Shown piece by piece: positions 50,053 through 62,748 of a stretch of 64,000 nt of DNA (the first letter of the stretch is position 1; each line of letters starts with the position of its first letter). The notes beneath the pieces were generated by a model. It made no database searches. It saw nothing but the letters and a program-made list of their open reading frames with translations, and was not told where the DNA came from. Source of the stretch: Camelus dromedarius. Taxonomy: Eukaryota. The stretch spans positions 39,992,001 through 40,056,000 of the forward strand of contig NC_087447.1 in assembly GCF_036321535.1 (NCBI RefSeq), given 5' to 3'. Made by a program: the position numbers and the translations under genes.

Positions 50053-53000
50053 CTGACAAAACAGGAGTTCCCTATGGATCATAAAGACCGTTTTATGAAA
50101 GGTCTGGATCCCAGTTGATAATTGGAGGTTGTCTGGCCACATTAAAACAGCGGGGTTAGGGGATGTGGAGAGAAGCTAGACAGAGCCTCTTGGAGACCTC
50201 TTTAATCACTGATAGCAAGGTGTGCTCTCATGATGAAAACTGTGTGTGAAATGAATTGGCTCTGGACTGTGAGTCTTTAGTGAGAATTCTCATTGCACAT
50301 CGCCCTCGGGAGAACTCTGGGATATTAGCAGTGGCCTTCGAAGGCCAGGCTGTCAGTGAGCAGGTCCTGATTAGGGGTCCTACTTGCTGAAATAAGGCAG
50401 CCCTGAGGACAGGGGTGGGCAAGGGCTGTTTTAGGTGAGCAGAGAAGGCATCAGGCAGGAAGAAGTTGGCAAACCTCAGCCTTGGTTTGTGACACCATGG
50501 ACAGAGGGTGGGGATGTTTTTGAGGATCCAAAGGACAATGTTATTCAAATGGCCTCTGATCCAGCCCTAGGGGGCAGGTCTCAAGATCTTAGAGACAGCC
50601 AACCTGCTCACCTACCCTTCAAGAGTCTAGTAATGAACTGTAAACATCAGCAGGGGGATTTCCTCACCTGAATATGATCGCTGAGTGTCAACTATATGGA
50701 GAGGTGAAGCTCTAGAATCAGTGGCTCCTATGTGAGGCATCTAGCAGAGGAACAGAGAACCCTCCAGAGGACCAGCAACAGGGGCAAAGCTTTGAAGGAA
50801 AGAAAGAGACAGCTGTCGGCCACTTCAGACCCTGCCAGGCAAGAACACCTAGAGTTCCAGGGATTCTGTTGGTATGTGGTCCGTGTCCCAGGCCCCCGAG
50901 ATCACTCCCAAGGTCTCCCCTACCCCCTTCCAGGCCAGTGTAGTCAGGGGAGCAAGGATGTCTTTGTCACAGTTGTAATCCACCTCCCTCCCCACGCCCA
51001 CTTCCAGACTTGGCCTGGGGGAACAAGGGTTTCTGCTTCCATCTTTGCTGGGGAAGATAATAAGCCTCTTCATACTTAAATGTTTCCTATTAGGGAGGAA
51101 GTTTAGAAGTATTCCACCTAACAACGAGATGCAACCAAGTCACCAGGGCCAGGTGGTGTCTTTAGGGTGTACCAGAAGAACTGCTGCCCAAAGAGTTCTG
51201 CAAGAGGCCGGGCATTTGGTCAGCAGAGGCCAGTTCAGAGAGAGTCCCAAAAGGGAGGTGACAATGCTCTGAGAGGTACATTTCTTGGCCTCATTTACTC
51301 CTTGTATCTCCTTTTGTAAAACAAAGGCCTGTTCTTACCCATTTTGCTGAGATTTGAGGTGTCATTTTCTGTTTCTGCTGTTGGGATTCCACCGGTTGGA
51401 GAGTCACCATGGCCATTCCAATGACCAAGTTCTATGCTAGCCCTTTCCTTGTTTAAACTGGAGCCTATGTCAGGTAGACTCACTCTTGTAAGAAACCTGC
51501 AAGGTAGGGAGGAGGGGAGAGGGGAGGGAGGGAGAGAGGGTCAGTCCCACTTCACAGGTGAAGACACTGAGGCATAATTTATTCAGTATCATCCAGTGAG
51601 CAGTGGCAGGACTGGAATTAGAGCCCTGAATCAGTGACTGTTGCTCAGCTTACTATGTTTAGAATAATTATACTTGATTTTTTTCTTGAGCTATTGATTT
51701 GCTTTCAAATCACACACTTATGGTTTGGGGACAACCACACCGCACACGCATTTCTCCTCAATACTTATGGAACCATTTTCTGTTATTCTGGGGATGGGCA
51801 GGGAACTGAATTCATGTGCCACCCATGTATGGGGAGCTGCTGGCCCACTATCAGGTTATTTGTTTCAGCGTCACACAGGCCCACGAGTGCCATTTCCTGG
51901 TGACAAGGCCTTGCTCCTCACCCTCCCTGCTCCTCTGCCCCCATTGCTCCCTAAGGACCTGCAAAACCACCTCACTCTCAGCTGGTGCCCAACACTCTCC
52001 CTCGGTCCTTCCTCTCCCATCTAGTTGGCCCTGTGCTCTTGGCTCCCTACCCTTGGGACTGAGGGTTTGATTATACAGTGCCATGCTTCTCAATTTAGGG
52101 CAAAAAAGCCCCCCAAGAGGGGGATCCATGGCAGTGCATTAGTAGGACTTGGTCACCCAGGAGAAACAAGACACATGTTCCTAGAGTAACATGGTTATTG
52201 TTAGACTTTTGTGAGGGGTGGTGGAGGTTAGGGAATTTAACCCTGTAAATGATGGTTTTTGTGTTCAAGTATGTATAGATGCAGTAGAGAAGGAAACAAA
52301 TCACTCCAAAGTGGCAGCTTTCGCTTCTATCGCGAGATCTTCCCTGAGCAGGGCTCGGCCGCAATGAGAACGGATGTAGGAAAGGAAGGGAAGGGACAGG
52401 TACACACAAGGCACACGTCTGGGAGGGGACACAGAGCAAGGCCACACAGCCTGGTGGTCAGGGGCGACGTCTGGGACCAGTGCCAGTCTCCCTACTTTGG
52501 ACCTGGACTACCAGCTGAGCGCCTAAGCCTCTGTGTCTCCGTCTTACCATCTCAAAATAGGGCAATGTTTATCTTAAGGATTTTGCTTTCAAGATGAAAT
52601 GAAATAATGCACCTACAGAGCATATTGCAGCACCTGGCAGGTGAGGCGAGCTGAATTCACAGGATCCACTAGCATTATCGGGGTCTGAGGGCTCCTCTGG
52701 GGAGCTGTGACAGCATTGATCTTGCTTTTTTAATTTCTAGACATGAGCTGGGAGAGGGAGTGAGCCTGGAATTACCAAGCCCTGAGGACTGAGAGATGGT
52801 GAGCAGCAGCTAACGGGTCAGCTCGAGGCTGAGAGCCTGTGGCTCTGTGGGCAGGAGGGGGGCAGGTGAGCCCCAGCATGGGCGCAAGGAAACTTGTAGA
52901 CCGCCATCAAGGTGGCTGGCCTTCCCCTCGGCATGCTAGCGCTTGCGAAACAGCACCTCTCACCTGCTGTTATGTTTACTTTCTGTCAATGGAAAAAAAT

Positions 53001-53550
53001 GAATTATTTCAAATATTCCATCAGTAGACAAAAGCTTTCGAACCATGGGGAACTTAGTGTGAAATGATGGGGACCAGACGTTTAATTCACCTGACATGGC
53101 AATTCTGGTGAATTATGTGCTGACACGTCATGAATTTGCACGCACTGCGATTAAGAACAGAAACAAACAAACCGAAAACCTTAGTCCTGAAGAGTGTGAG
53201 TTGAAGGAAGGGGCCGGCTCTGTGCAGAAGGGAGTATTCCTGCTGCATGAGTGAAATACAAAACCAGGCCACACCAGGTACAACTCCCCCTCCCCAGCTC
53301 TAAGAATAGCTGTCTTTGTTGAGAGAATACACCTGAGGCGAGCCCTCTTCAAGCCTCCTCCCACTCACATCCAGGTAAGGCTTTCCAGGTACCCCTGTGG
53401 GAATAAAGCATAGCAAGATAATTCACTGACTCCTACATAAAATTAAAGCTTTGCTCGGGTCCTTTCACTGGAATAAAGAAATGAAATGGACGCTGCCCTC
53501 AGAGGTGCCAGACCATGCCCACATGTTCGGATTCTTTTGACAGAAAACCA

Positions 53551-53556
53551 TTTATT
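53551..53556 (-). terminator. Candidate distal polyadenylation signal (AATAAA)
   Basis: The mRNA strand reads ...gatcaaaaAATAAAtggttttctgtca..., followed by G/T-rich sequence. Confidence 0.5.
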
Positions 53557-54145
53557 TTTTGATCATTTCCGTATTTATAGCAGTGCACATGTAACACATT
53601 TCGATCCACACGAATAGTTCCCAATTGTCGGGGCAAATTAATCTTTCAAAAGCCACTCAGCAGTGAGGTTAGAAGAGAAACAGTAGGTGAAATAGGACAC
53701 GCGCCCCGCCACACGTGAACCTTCTCATTACAATAAACTCCTCTGTTCGCACTCACTACATCCGATGTCTGCCCCTCTCTCTGTGCGTGTGGCAGCCCCA
53801 GCTGCCTCCTGCCACCTCTGCCCTGCTGAGGTAGTTCTCTGATCAACCACCTGGGTGGGACATGCTGCCATTTTCAGTTTGGAAGGAAAAGCCTGTAAAT
53901 CTGCTTCCTGGGAAGACAGACACTGCTGAATTGTCATCTGCCTCCAGAACGCAGAAAACATCAATTTCACCGCAGCTCATCAGAGCTGGAAACACCTGCC
54001 ACTTCCTTTCTCGGTTGCAATTAACATGCTACATCTCAGCATTGATTGATTCCAAGTAGCCTAACACTGCCAAAGTCAAGGTTTAAATGAAACAGTATAA
54101 CCTGATATTATTTTTCACAGTTTTAGAAACACAAACTGACGTGTT

Positions 54146-54151
54146 TTTATT
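54146..54151 (-). terminator. Candidate proximal polyadenylation signal (AATAAA)
   Basis: AATAAA followed by a GT-rich element (gtttgtgtttc). Further AATAAA hexamers lie at 54258, 54291 and 54382. Confidence 0.5.
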
Positions 54152-57100
54152 GCCAAAGAAGCACTACAAATAGTTGGGGATGTAAGTCTTTGTGCTTGAG
54201 ATAAACGTGAGCAGAATAGGTTGAGGCTTATAATAACAATTGTTCTTTATCTTTGTATTTATTTGGGACTTGTACTTGTTTGCCTTTGTATTTATTTGTG
54301 GGTGGAGTGGAAGAATAATATTCTTTCTGTATCCCTGCACCTAGCAAAGGGCTACAGACTCCCACCGGTACTTCGAGAATCTTTATTAAACAAATTAGTA
54401 AGTGGATGGTTTGGCAAGCTTAAAAACTGTCCTTTTGGTCTACTCTACATAAAATTCTGAACTTATAGATGCCCTGTGATTTAACTTAGAAGCTGTATGA
54501 GACCAACTATGAAATACGACCTGGGACTGGGGCTCTCTGTCTCGTTCATTCCTAAATGGTTCAGCCTGGATCACAAGTATTATTTTATGGGAAAGAGAAG
54601 GCTCCCCCTCTGTTTTCATCATAATTGTACTCATATTGCATTCAAAGAAACTGTCTCCAAATGGTACAATATTTTACATTTTGAGGGTTTTGAGCATTCT
54701 CTATTGTGAATAAACGGAATCATTTAGAGTGAATTCAACAGCCAACATATATGTGTCCCTTTGGAGATGATCATTGAAACGGTTTTTAGGTCCTGGGAAA
54801 ACTGAAAACCGGTGGGAGTAGAGGCTGGTAAATATGAGGTTTATATTTTAGCTTGGTCAGATTAAGACTCAGCCTTAAACCACAGAACATAACCTTGGGA
54901 AAAGAAAGTGAACAAATTGTTTCTCTCATCTATTAATAGAATGCTGGGGCCAAGAACCACCCTCTTTCTTGGCCCTTTTGGGAGAATCTTTCTTTTAGAC
55001 TGAAACAGAACAAATTAAAATAAGTGGCAATTAATTCTTTTGCACAAAAACAACCGAGACACTACACATTCTGAGCATCACCTGCTAAATGTATGCAAGC
55101 ATCAAATAGTGCACTTTTATATAACCGACAGAAGAGACCGCGCTTGGATATTTCTACACATGCTAGAATGAAAACTGAAGGGATGTATCTGTTTCTTAAA
55201 ATGAGTTAACATTCCTGCACATCTATAGTCTTACCTCTGAACGCCTGTTGGCAGAAAATGTTATTTTAACTATCTCCATGAATCTCTAATACTGTACAAC
55301 TCATTGCCCCCAAACCTCTGGGTTATCTCTATATAAAATAGCTTATATACCAATAGCTTAATGCTAATAAATCTACTCCAGAGTATAACAAGGAAAACCA
55401 GAGGATGAGGAAATCATTTCCACCAAATACACAAATAAATAAAAATGGATAAATAGCCTTAAGTGGCACAGTTTCCAGAGACTCAGAGGAAGAGAGAGAT
55501 GCTTACATATATTTCCTAATAATACAATTCAGGCACTAGAAAACCTGAGTAATAAAAGAAAAAAGGAAAAGAAAAGGGAAGGAAAGGAGAAAGAAAAAGA
55601 ACTGCAACCTTTGGAAGTTGGTATACCATGTAAAGGTTGTGCTCTAATACAACCCGAAACCTTGCTGACTCGGGAAATCCCGTCACACTCCTAATTTCCG
55701 GCTTGTCAGTTGACCAGTGTGCACAGACAGCATCTCAGACGGAAGTGGTTTATAGGTCAACTTATACTGAGGAAGGTTTGGTCTCCAGTCAGAGCCAACG
55801 GTTGCAAAGCACCATTTGTCTAACGACACATTTAAACACTTGCAGAAACGAGAGAGGCCAAACATACAACAACTGTCTCTTGTCAGTGACAGACTGAATC
55901 CTCAAAGAATCCCATTGAGGGAAGACCATCAAATACTTACGGCGACAAATCACTATTGCAGATCTTTCCTTTGGTGCCCATGTGAACTCTCAAAATGTCC
56001 AGGAATCCCGTGCCAGTGCACAAACTCCATCTCCCAGCTTTCTTTTCACATTGAAAATGTCATTAAGAAAAAAAATCCACTACCAACTTGGGATTTGGTA
56101 AATGGGGCCCCTGCATGCAGCTGCACCTTGAAGTCAGGGTGGTTTTGTCTTGCCCTGTGGAGTTCTTGGGCAAATGCTGGGGAGAGTAGCAGAGACATTT
56201 CTCTGTCTGGACCCCAAAGCAGCCCTCACCCCGGATCACAAAAATGGTCGTTTTTAGTAGCAGCACCAACTTCACCAACATTTTATCAACAACTGAGTTT
56301 TCCTTTCTGCCATTACCAACAGTTATTTAAAAAAGTGCTTCAAAATTATTCATTTTCTAAAACCATTTTTCACTGTTCCAGGGGCATAAGGAAAGTGCTC
56401 TGAGAATAAATAGCTTTTCTAAGCCAACAGCATTTGGTGAAAACTAACAATCCTGCTGGTATGAAGTCAAACTTTTCTTTCCTTTTTTCTTTCTTTCTTT
56501 TTTTAAAATAAGGCTCAAATGTTCTATGAAACTCTTCATTGCTTATGTATATTACATTAAGGCTTATAAATACACCTGGTAAATTAAATTCACCCTGGAT
56601 TGAATTAACACCTGCTATAGGAGTTATTTGCTTTCTGTAATCAGTAATCTCAAGGTTTCTCCTCTTTCTCTGGAAACACAATTTAAATATTAACCTAATC
56701 TTTAAACTGCGGCTGCTTCTTTCTGACATTTGGAAACCAGTCATCCATGCAAAAAAGGCAAATACGGGTATATTAATGAAAAGGCAGTTTCTTAAAAATC
56801 TTAAGATGTGTAACTCAATGAATTGGGAAGATAAATGATGAAAGCAGCAGGAAAGTCAATCCCTATGTCAGTTTCTCGAGAAAACAATGCTGGTCATCGG
56901 CCAAGGTCACCTCCAATCTCAGAGACCAGCTGACGATGATTGCCAATTTCAAAAGAATCTTTGTATTTTCTTCATTATAATCTCTGGGAGGATCTTGGGC
57001 AGCTGCAGTGCCTCAGAGAGAATCTTAAATTAAAACATATATATTGCAGTGCAGTATAACTGAAGTTTCAGGTCTGACACCTCCAGTGCAAGGAAGTGGG

Positions 57101-57169
57101 AGAGAGTGAGGGGTGCTTTGCCTGATCTGGTCCTTGGCCTGCTCTGAGCGAGAAAGCCCGCGGGCCTGC

Positions 57170-57354
57170 TCACGTCCTGCTCAGCTGACAGCCCCTAGAG
57201 AGTACGAAACTTTCAAAGTGCTGGTCTTCAGCCTTTTCTTTTATGCGTTGCTCCTCTAAGGAATCCACCAGTTTGTCCCTTTGCTCAATCACTTGCATCA
57301 TCTCGGTGAGGATTTGTTGCTCCTCGTTGACATCATTCTCATCTTTCTGGCTCT
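57170..57354 (-). CDS. MICALCL: MICALCL/MICAL2 last coding exon (end of the bMERB Rab-binding coiled coil)
   Basis: A long polypyrimidine tract precedes tttag|AG AGC CAG. Encodes (E)SQKDENDVNEEQQILTEMMQVIEQRDKLVDSLEEQRIKEKAEDQHFESFVLSRGCQLSRT-stop, with TGA at 57170-57172. It matches the MICALCL C-terminus as I recall it, and the gene order MICAL2/MICALCL-PARVA matches known mammalian synteny. Confidence 0.96.
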
Positions 57355-60300
57355 CTAAAGAAGAAAAAGAAAGAAAGAAAGAAAAACATTGGACTTCAGG
57401 TAAGATTCGGCCCCGGGAGAGCTTTTGGCATGGGCATTCTTGATTGTTCTGCACTTGTTCCGCCCTTTAATTTCCATGGAGAAAACAAGGAAATGAATTT
57501 AACACCAGGGAACAGCCCTCCAAGCCCCAGATTAGAAAGGTGGGTCCTTTGTGCTGCTGTCAGCTCAGTTTTCATCTTGAGACTCTATATAAAGCGACAA
57601 GGGAAAACCCCTTTGTGAGAAAAAGAAGTTAATACCAGGCGAGCCTTACCAAGCCCTCCAGCCCCCACCCCTCACCCGCAGCCCTGTCGGGGGAAAAAAA
57701 AAAAAAAAGGCAACAAAACAACACAAAGGTGGCTTTCCCTAAACATGTCTGAGCTACAGCAAAGCAATCTGTTAGAAAAATTGCTAAGTAAACCATTTGC
57801 ATCAGTGAATACTATTTCAGTGATGAGAATCCTTTTTTCGTTCGTAGTTAATGACGAGTTGCAGCCCTTTGAATAGAGACCAGGCGGCCATCAAGAGAGG
57901 CTCTGCTTGGCCACTGGGGGATGTTTCCAGACAGGCACCCTGCTTCTCCCTTCTGCCTTCTGAATACGTGGCCTTCTTCCTAACAGCCCGAGACATTTGA
58001 CTGCCTCGAGGAGGTAAGATTGTTATAAATAGAAGGAAAAGAGTAAGAAACTGGTAGTGATGATTTTCTGACACTCCAAAATAAAACTTCAAAGGCAGAT
58101 TCTAAGTCTTGTCAACCAGATCATTGCCTTGGGAGAGGCCTCTGCAGACTCCATTGGCCCTTTACACTTAACGCAGGGGGCTCGGCAGTGAGCTGGATCC
58201 TGGAGCAGAGATGGTGCCTCTGTCTCGTGCATTGGGCTGAGTTCTGAGAATCGGGTCAGGAAGCAGGTACATATGATACAAGGGAAATAAAGAGGCACCA
58301 TTCCCTTGGCACCTCATGTTTAATGGGAGGGAGGAGAGAGAGGCAGGAGAAGCAGAGTGAGAGCCCTGGGCTCCAGTCTCTGTCCTGACTTTGGAAGCCC
58401 CCAAGGAGGGTAGAAAAAGTCACATCATTTGGTGGGAACACTGAGGACCCCTTGCTTGGAACTCTGGGAAGAGGCCAGCTGGAAGGGCGCCCTATGTATA
58501 AACATGGGCCAGGCAGTACTCCATGGTTGGGCAGAGAAGAGGGGTCTGCGTGTAGCTCCTCAGACCTTGATCTGCCGTGTGGCACACATAGATTGAGCCC
58601 AGAAGTGTCTACTTGCCCCAGAGGTGCAAAGATAGCTGGCTAGTGAGCCTGCCATGGGGCTCCCCACAATGAGGGGTGAAGTGGCCCCACAGCAGAGCCG
58701 GTCTGGGAGACTGTCTGGCCAAGTGGAGTGGAGGATGTGCCAAGGCGAGGCTGAGTGAGGCTGCGAGTGAGGCTCTAAGCACTCTGAGAGAATGACCAGG
58801 CTGTGGCTATGCCAGCACAAACCTTAGCTGCAAATGCCAGCAGAGAGTGTGGTAGCCCACTGACAGGAGACAGCTTTGTGGGGTCAATGAATCAGAGCAA
58901 CCACACAGATTTCTAATGCTGCAAAGTCATGCAGACCTCCCTCTCGCAATTACCTGGTGGTCACCTTAAGGATCAAGTAGATGGAAGGGGCGGCAATCTG
59001 CAAGACTGAACATTTTCATCCCAAAGAGACTAAGCATTTCCTACAGGGACTGTTTAAATTATTGCATCAGACTAAATTTACCAGACTAAGTTCCCCTTCC
59101 TTCCTTCCTCCCTCCCTCCCTCCCTTCCTTCCTTTCTTTTCTTCTTGAAAACTAGTGTGATGAAGGTTTCATGCAAGATGAGAAGGCAAAATGAAGGAGC
59201 TACATTCTTTGGTACCTGCTCAGAAGAGTTAGAAAATGTATGAACATCACTTCTTAGTAAGAATTAAAAAAATAAAGGGTTCAAAACTGGCTAATGAAGT
59301 TTTTGGTGGTATTTTTTTTTTTACCAGCCTGAAACAGAGCACATTAAAACTTTTTCTGAGATGTATAAATCAGATATTAGTTATATACTATGGTTTGTTA
59401 ATTTAGGCATACTTCAGTATGAGTACCCCTTATTTGATGATCAACACAGAAAAATTAAAAATTCCTCTTAATTTTGATTTGTCAATAATGGGACCAGTTG
59501 AGCCCCTTCTGACAAATAAAAGATGATGTACACCACTTTTGTCTGTTCCATACAGAGCAGTTCTATAAAGCTTTTGTTAGAAATAGCATTCTAACATTGT
59601 AAAGAAACATTCTACAGACACTGCTATGTGAGAAAGGACAGGAGACCCTGAGTTTACAGTGATCTGTTCTGAAGTCTTGGCCCCATCATTTACCTTGAGC
59701 ATGTTTTTTAAGTTCTCAGAGACTCAGTTTTCTAATCTGTAAAATGGGGATAAAATGCCTGAATAAGCACGATCATGATGGTAACAACTCATTTTTACTA
59801 AGTGCTTGCCCTGTAGCAGGTCTCCCCACAGTCAGTGCAATGTTCAGTCCATGAGGTATACAGAAATGATTTAATTTGTTCTTCTAGACTTGAGTCTAAA
59901 TGTAGGAAAGCCACACATGGCTCTGGCCCCACAAATACACAGGCATAAAGCAGAGTGACTATGCCTCGCTGGCTGGAGCCTGTGAATGCAGTATATGGTG
60001 TTAATTAAGTTTATTTCAACTCTCCCTCCCTCCTGGTGGAAATAATTTCCTCCTGTGTGATGCCCTGGCCCAGCCTGTGCTGGGAAGGATGTTCCTTTAC
60101 CAGCCCCAGGGCCTGGCAGAACTAAGCCTGCCTTTCTCTGCATTCCCAAAGCATGTACGTCCTGGCCCTCAGCTCACTGCGCTATAATGAATGGTCTGGG
60201 TATTGGTCTCCCCAGTGAGGCCACAGGGCAAGGATGCTCTTCTCCACATGCCAAGCCCACTCTGGAGTCTCAACAAATGTTTGTCAAAAGAGTGGATGGA

Positions 60301-60575
60301 TCCGTGAATAAATGTGTGAATAAATGACTTGGTTCCTATCAGCATGTGGGAGGGGGCAAATGCTGTTCTCACAGCCCAAGTGAACGAAGCTAAGAGGGAC
60401 TTGCTGGGCTCCGGTGGGGGCAGAGGGAGGCTGGCTTTATGCCCCCTTCTGCCCCCCTAGGCTGGTCGCACAAGGCAGGACGAGCTCCACTCTGCACTGT
60501 GTGGCGCATTCGGGCCAAGTGTCTTTCTAGGGAAAAAGTCTTTACCAAGGGCCCTGAACGTATCACCATACTCAC

Positions 60576-60649
60576 CCTCCTTGAGCATTTTCTCTCTTAA
60601 TTTCTGCTCCAGTCTGCTTTGATGATCTTCTAGTTCTAGTTCTTGGGCC
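60576..60649 (-). CDS. MICALCL: MICALCL/MICAL2 penultimate coding exon (bMERB domain)
   Basis: ccccag|G GCC CAA ... AAG GAG G|gtgagt. The 74 nt encode (M)AQELELEDHQSRLEQKLREKMLKE(E), and the phases match both neighbouring exons. Confidence 0.96.
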
Positions 60650-61119
60650 CTGGGGGTGAGAAAATGTTCCAACTTTGTAAATACTGGAGATCTGTGTAGA
60701 GATATTGGCTGATAAGCCCATTGACTATAGCGACTGCATTCTTTCTTCCTTATTAAAATGGGGTCTTAGAAGATCTCTAAACTCAAAAGTTTCAGCTGCT
60801 GAGATATGCTGAACTCCAGAGACGTGGGAAGCAACTGAAGGTGGTGATGTGATCTCAGTAAGCTTGTGGAAGGCCACTCCAGGATGGCTCCTGAAGAAAT
60901 GACTAGAACAGCTCAGGGGAGAAGCAACGACAACCTGAAACTCTTCTCTTTTAGGGGTACATGATGTCAAGTATCACCTCTAACAACTCCTGAATCTCTG
61001 ATTGTGATAAACAAGAAAATGCGGAGGAAACAGGAGTGAGACACTGTGTCCAGATGGAGGCAATACCACTCAAACAGCCATCCATCTGGGTGCAGGTGGT
61101 GAGGGAAAAAAGAGTTGGT

Positions 61120-61660
61120 GATGCTTTGGAGGAGTCAAGCTGGAGTTCTGGGGACTCAGCGTGTCCACTGATACAACAGCAAAGTCAAGAAGTGCAGCTA
61201 GTTGTCGGTGAAGGTCAGATGGAGTCTCCTGACCTCTCACTGCCTGGGGGTATCCCATGTAGATCACAGAGTGTGGGAAAAGCCCCCACGTGCTGGGCTG
61301 TGTGATAAGGCGGTGGTTCCCCAAAACTTTGGGAATGCAGTTCTAGTGTGCTCAGCAGAAATGAGGACCACGAATACATGTGGCAGGGGTCTAAGGTGAT
61401 AGGTGAAGTCACGTGATCCCTAAAAGGAAGCCTATAGAGGAAAAAGGGGTTGGAAGACAGGAGCTTGGGAATGCCTACATTTAGAAATCAAACAAAAGAG
61501 GCAGAGCCAGGGAAGAAGCAAGGTTGGAAGGATAAAACAGGAAATGCAGCATCACAGAAACCAAGAGAGGGAAGTCTTGAGGGAGGAGAGAAGTCAAAGG
61601 TGTTCACTGCTACAGAGACACTGAAGAGGGTGAGGGCTGAGAATAGGTCCCTGGGTTTGA
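61120..61660 (-). mobile_element. L2 remnant in a MICALCL intron
   Basis: gagcttgggaatgcctacatttagaa, gcatcacagaaaccaagagagg, gagggtgagggctgagaat. Confidence 0.7.
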
Positions 61661-62419
61661 CATGGGCCTTCCCTTCCAGCCCCACCTGCAGTCTGCACAC
61701 ATCTGTGCTACAGTGTCGGGGCACTTGACTGCACCTGTGGGTTGCTGTCATCCTTTTTTCACTACTTCTACTACTACTTGGGCCATGGTCCATGCTTTCT
61801 TCGATACTCTGCCTTTTGTTATTGACACTGAACCTCCCTTGGCCCACTCTGGTAGCCAATGGAAGTGCCCCACTCAGATCTTCCTCTAAGAGGGAACTTT
61901 GTGGGAGGAGTGTCATGTGTAGTGAGCTGACCACTACAGCAGAATCCACTTCATCGTCATGCCGAGGCCACGCCATCCCTGGGCAGCATACATATACATA
62001 CATTCCTTTTCATATTCTTTTTCATTATAGGCTATTGATACATTTTTGTTGAATACATTTTATAATTTAGACCTCACCCAAAGGCAAATGGTATGGATGT
62101 ATAAAAAGCGCTTTGAAGTCAGGTGGATGTGGACTAGCTGTTTTGAGTCTCAGCATGTGCATCAATTTAAAAAACTGTGAGAGAAAAAATAATGCCCACA
62201 GATGACCCCCCACTTCCCCATGCCTGGCACTTTCCTCCATGTCAGTGGAACTCAGTGAGTAGAACTCCCGGCCTCCTCTCTCGGCCTTCACTCCTATGCT
62301 CATTCTCACCCCAGGGGAGGTAACTTTGGGAAGAACTCAGCTTATACCCTTTCTTTCCTGGCATCAGCCTGCCTGCAGCAAACTTGTGTTCTCAGTTACT
62401 CTGAGCCTTGCCATGGGCT

Positions 62420-62645
62420 CGATCTTGACACAGTTGACATTTGGGGCTGGAAAATTCTTTGTTGGTGGGGGAAGTGGGGGTGTCCTGTGCATTGTAGAAA
62501 GTTTAGTAGCACCCTTGGCCTCTGCTCACTAGCTACCGATACCAGTAGCACCTTCCAGTTGCAATAAACAGAAATGTCTTCAGATGTCACTGAACATCTC
62601 TGGAAGGAGGAGGCAGGGGAAGTTGCCCCCAGTTGAGATCCACTG
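62420..62645. mobile_element. hAT-Charlie MITE (MER20)
   Basis: tgacatttggggctggaaaattctttgttg, gtcctgtgcattgtag, ccagtagcacc, ccccagttgagatccactg. Confidence 0.88.
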
Positions 62646-62748
62646 GTCTAGGGTAATAGCCTTGCCTCTAATAAGAGACAAGAGACAAGTGGTTCACTAC
62701 CTTTTGGGAGTAGGTAGATGAGCGTGTCTAATTCTGGGGTTTGGTTAG

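Larger units (their letters stand above)
53530..57169 (-). other. MICALCL: Probable long 3' UTR of MICALCL/MICAL2-long
   Basis: AT-rich, almost repeat-free stretch after the stop codon. I found no canonical AATAAA or ATTAAA on the mRNA strand until 54382-54387. The 3' end is inferred from polyA signals. Confidence 0.6.

Noticed and set aside
54030..54075. miR-34/449-like sequence TGGCAGTGT on the minus strand
   Set aside because: Only the first 9 nt match, and I saw no complementary arm that would form a pre-miRNA hairpin.
55816..56744. 195-aa and 124-aa ORFs downstream of MICALCL
   Set aside because: No recognisable domain or exon structure. They lie in the inferred 3' UTR and are consistent with chance ORFs.
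57173..57195. CaaX or PDZ-binding motif at the MICALCL C-terminus (GCQLSRT)
   Set aside because: The Cys is sixth from the end rather than fourth, and the terminal Thr does not fit a class I PDZ ligand.
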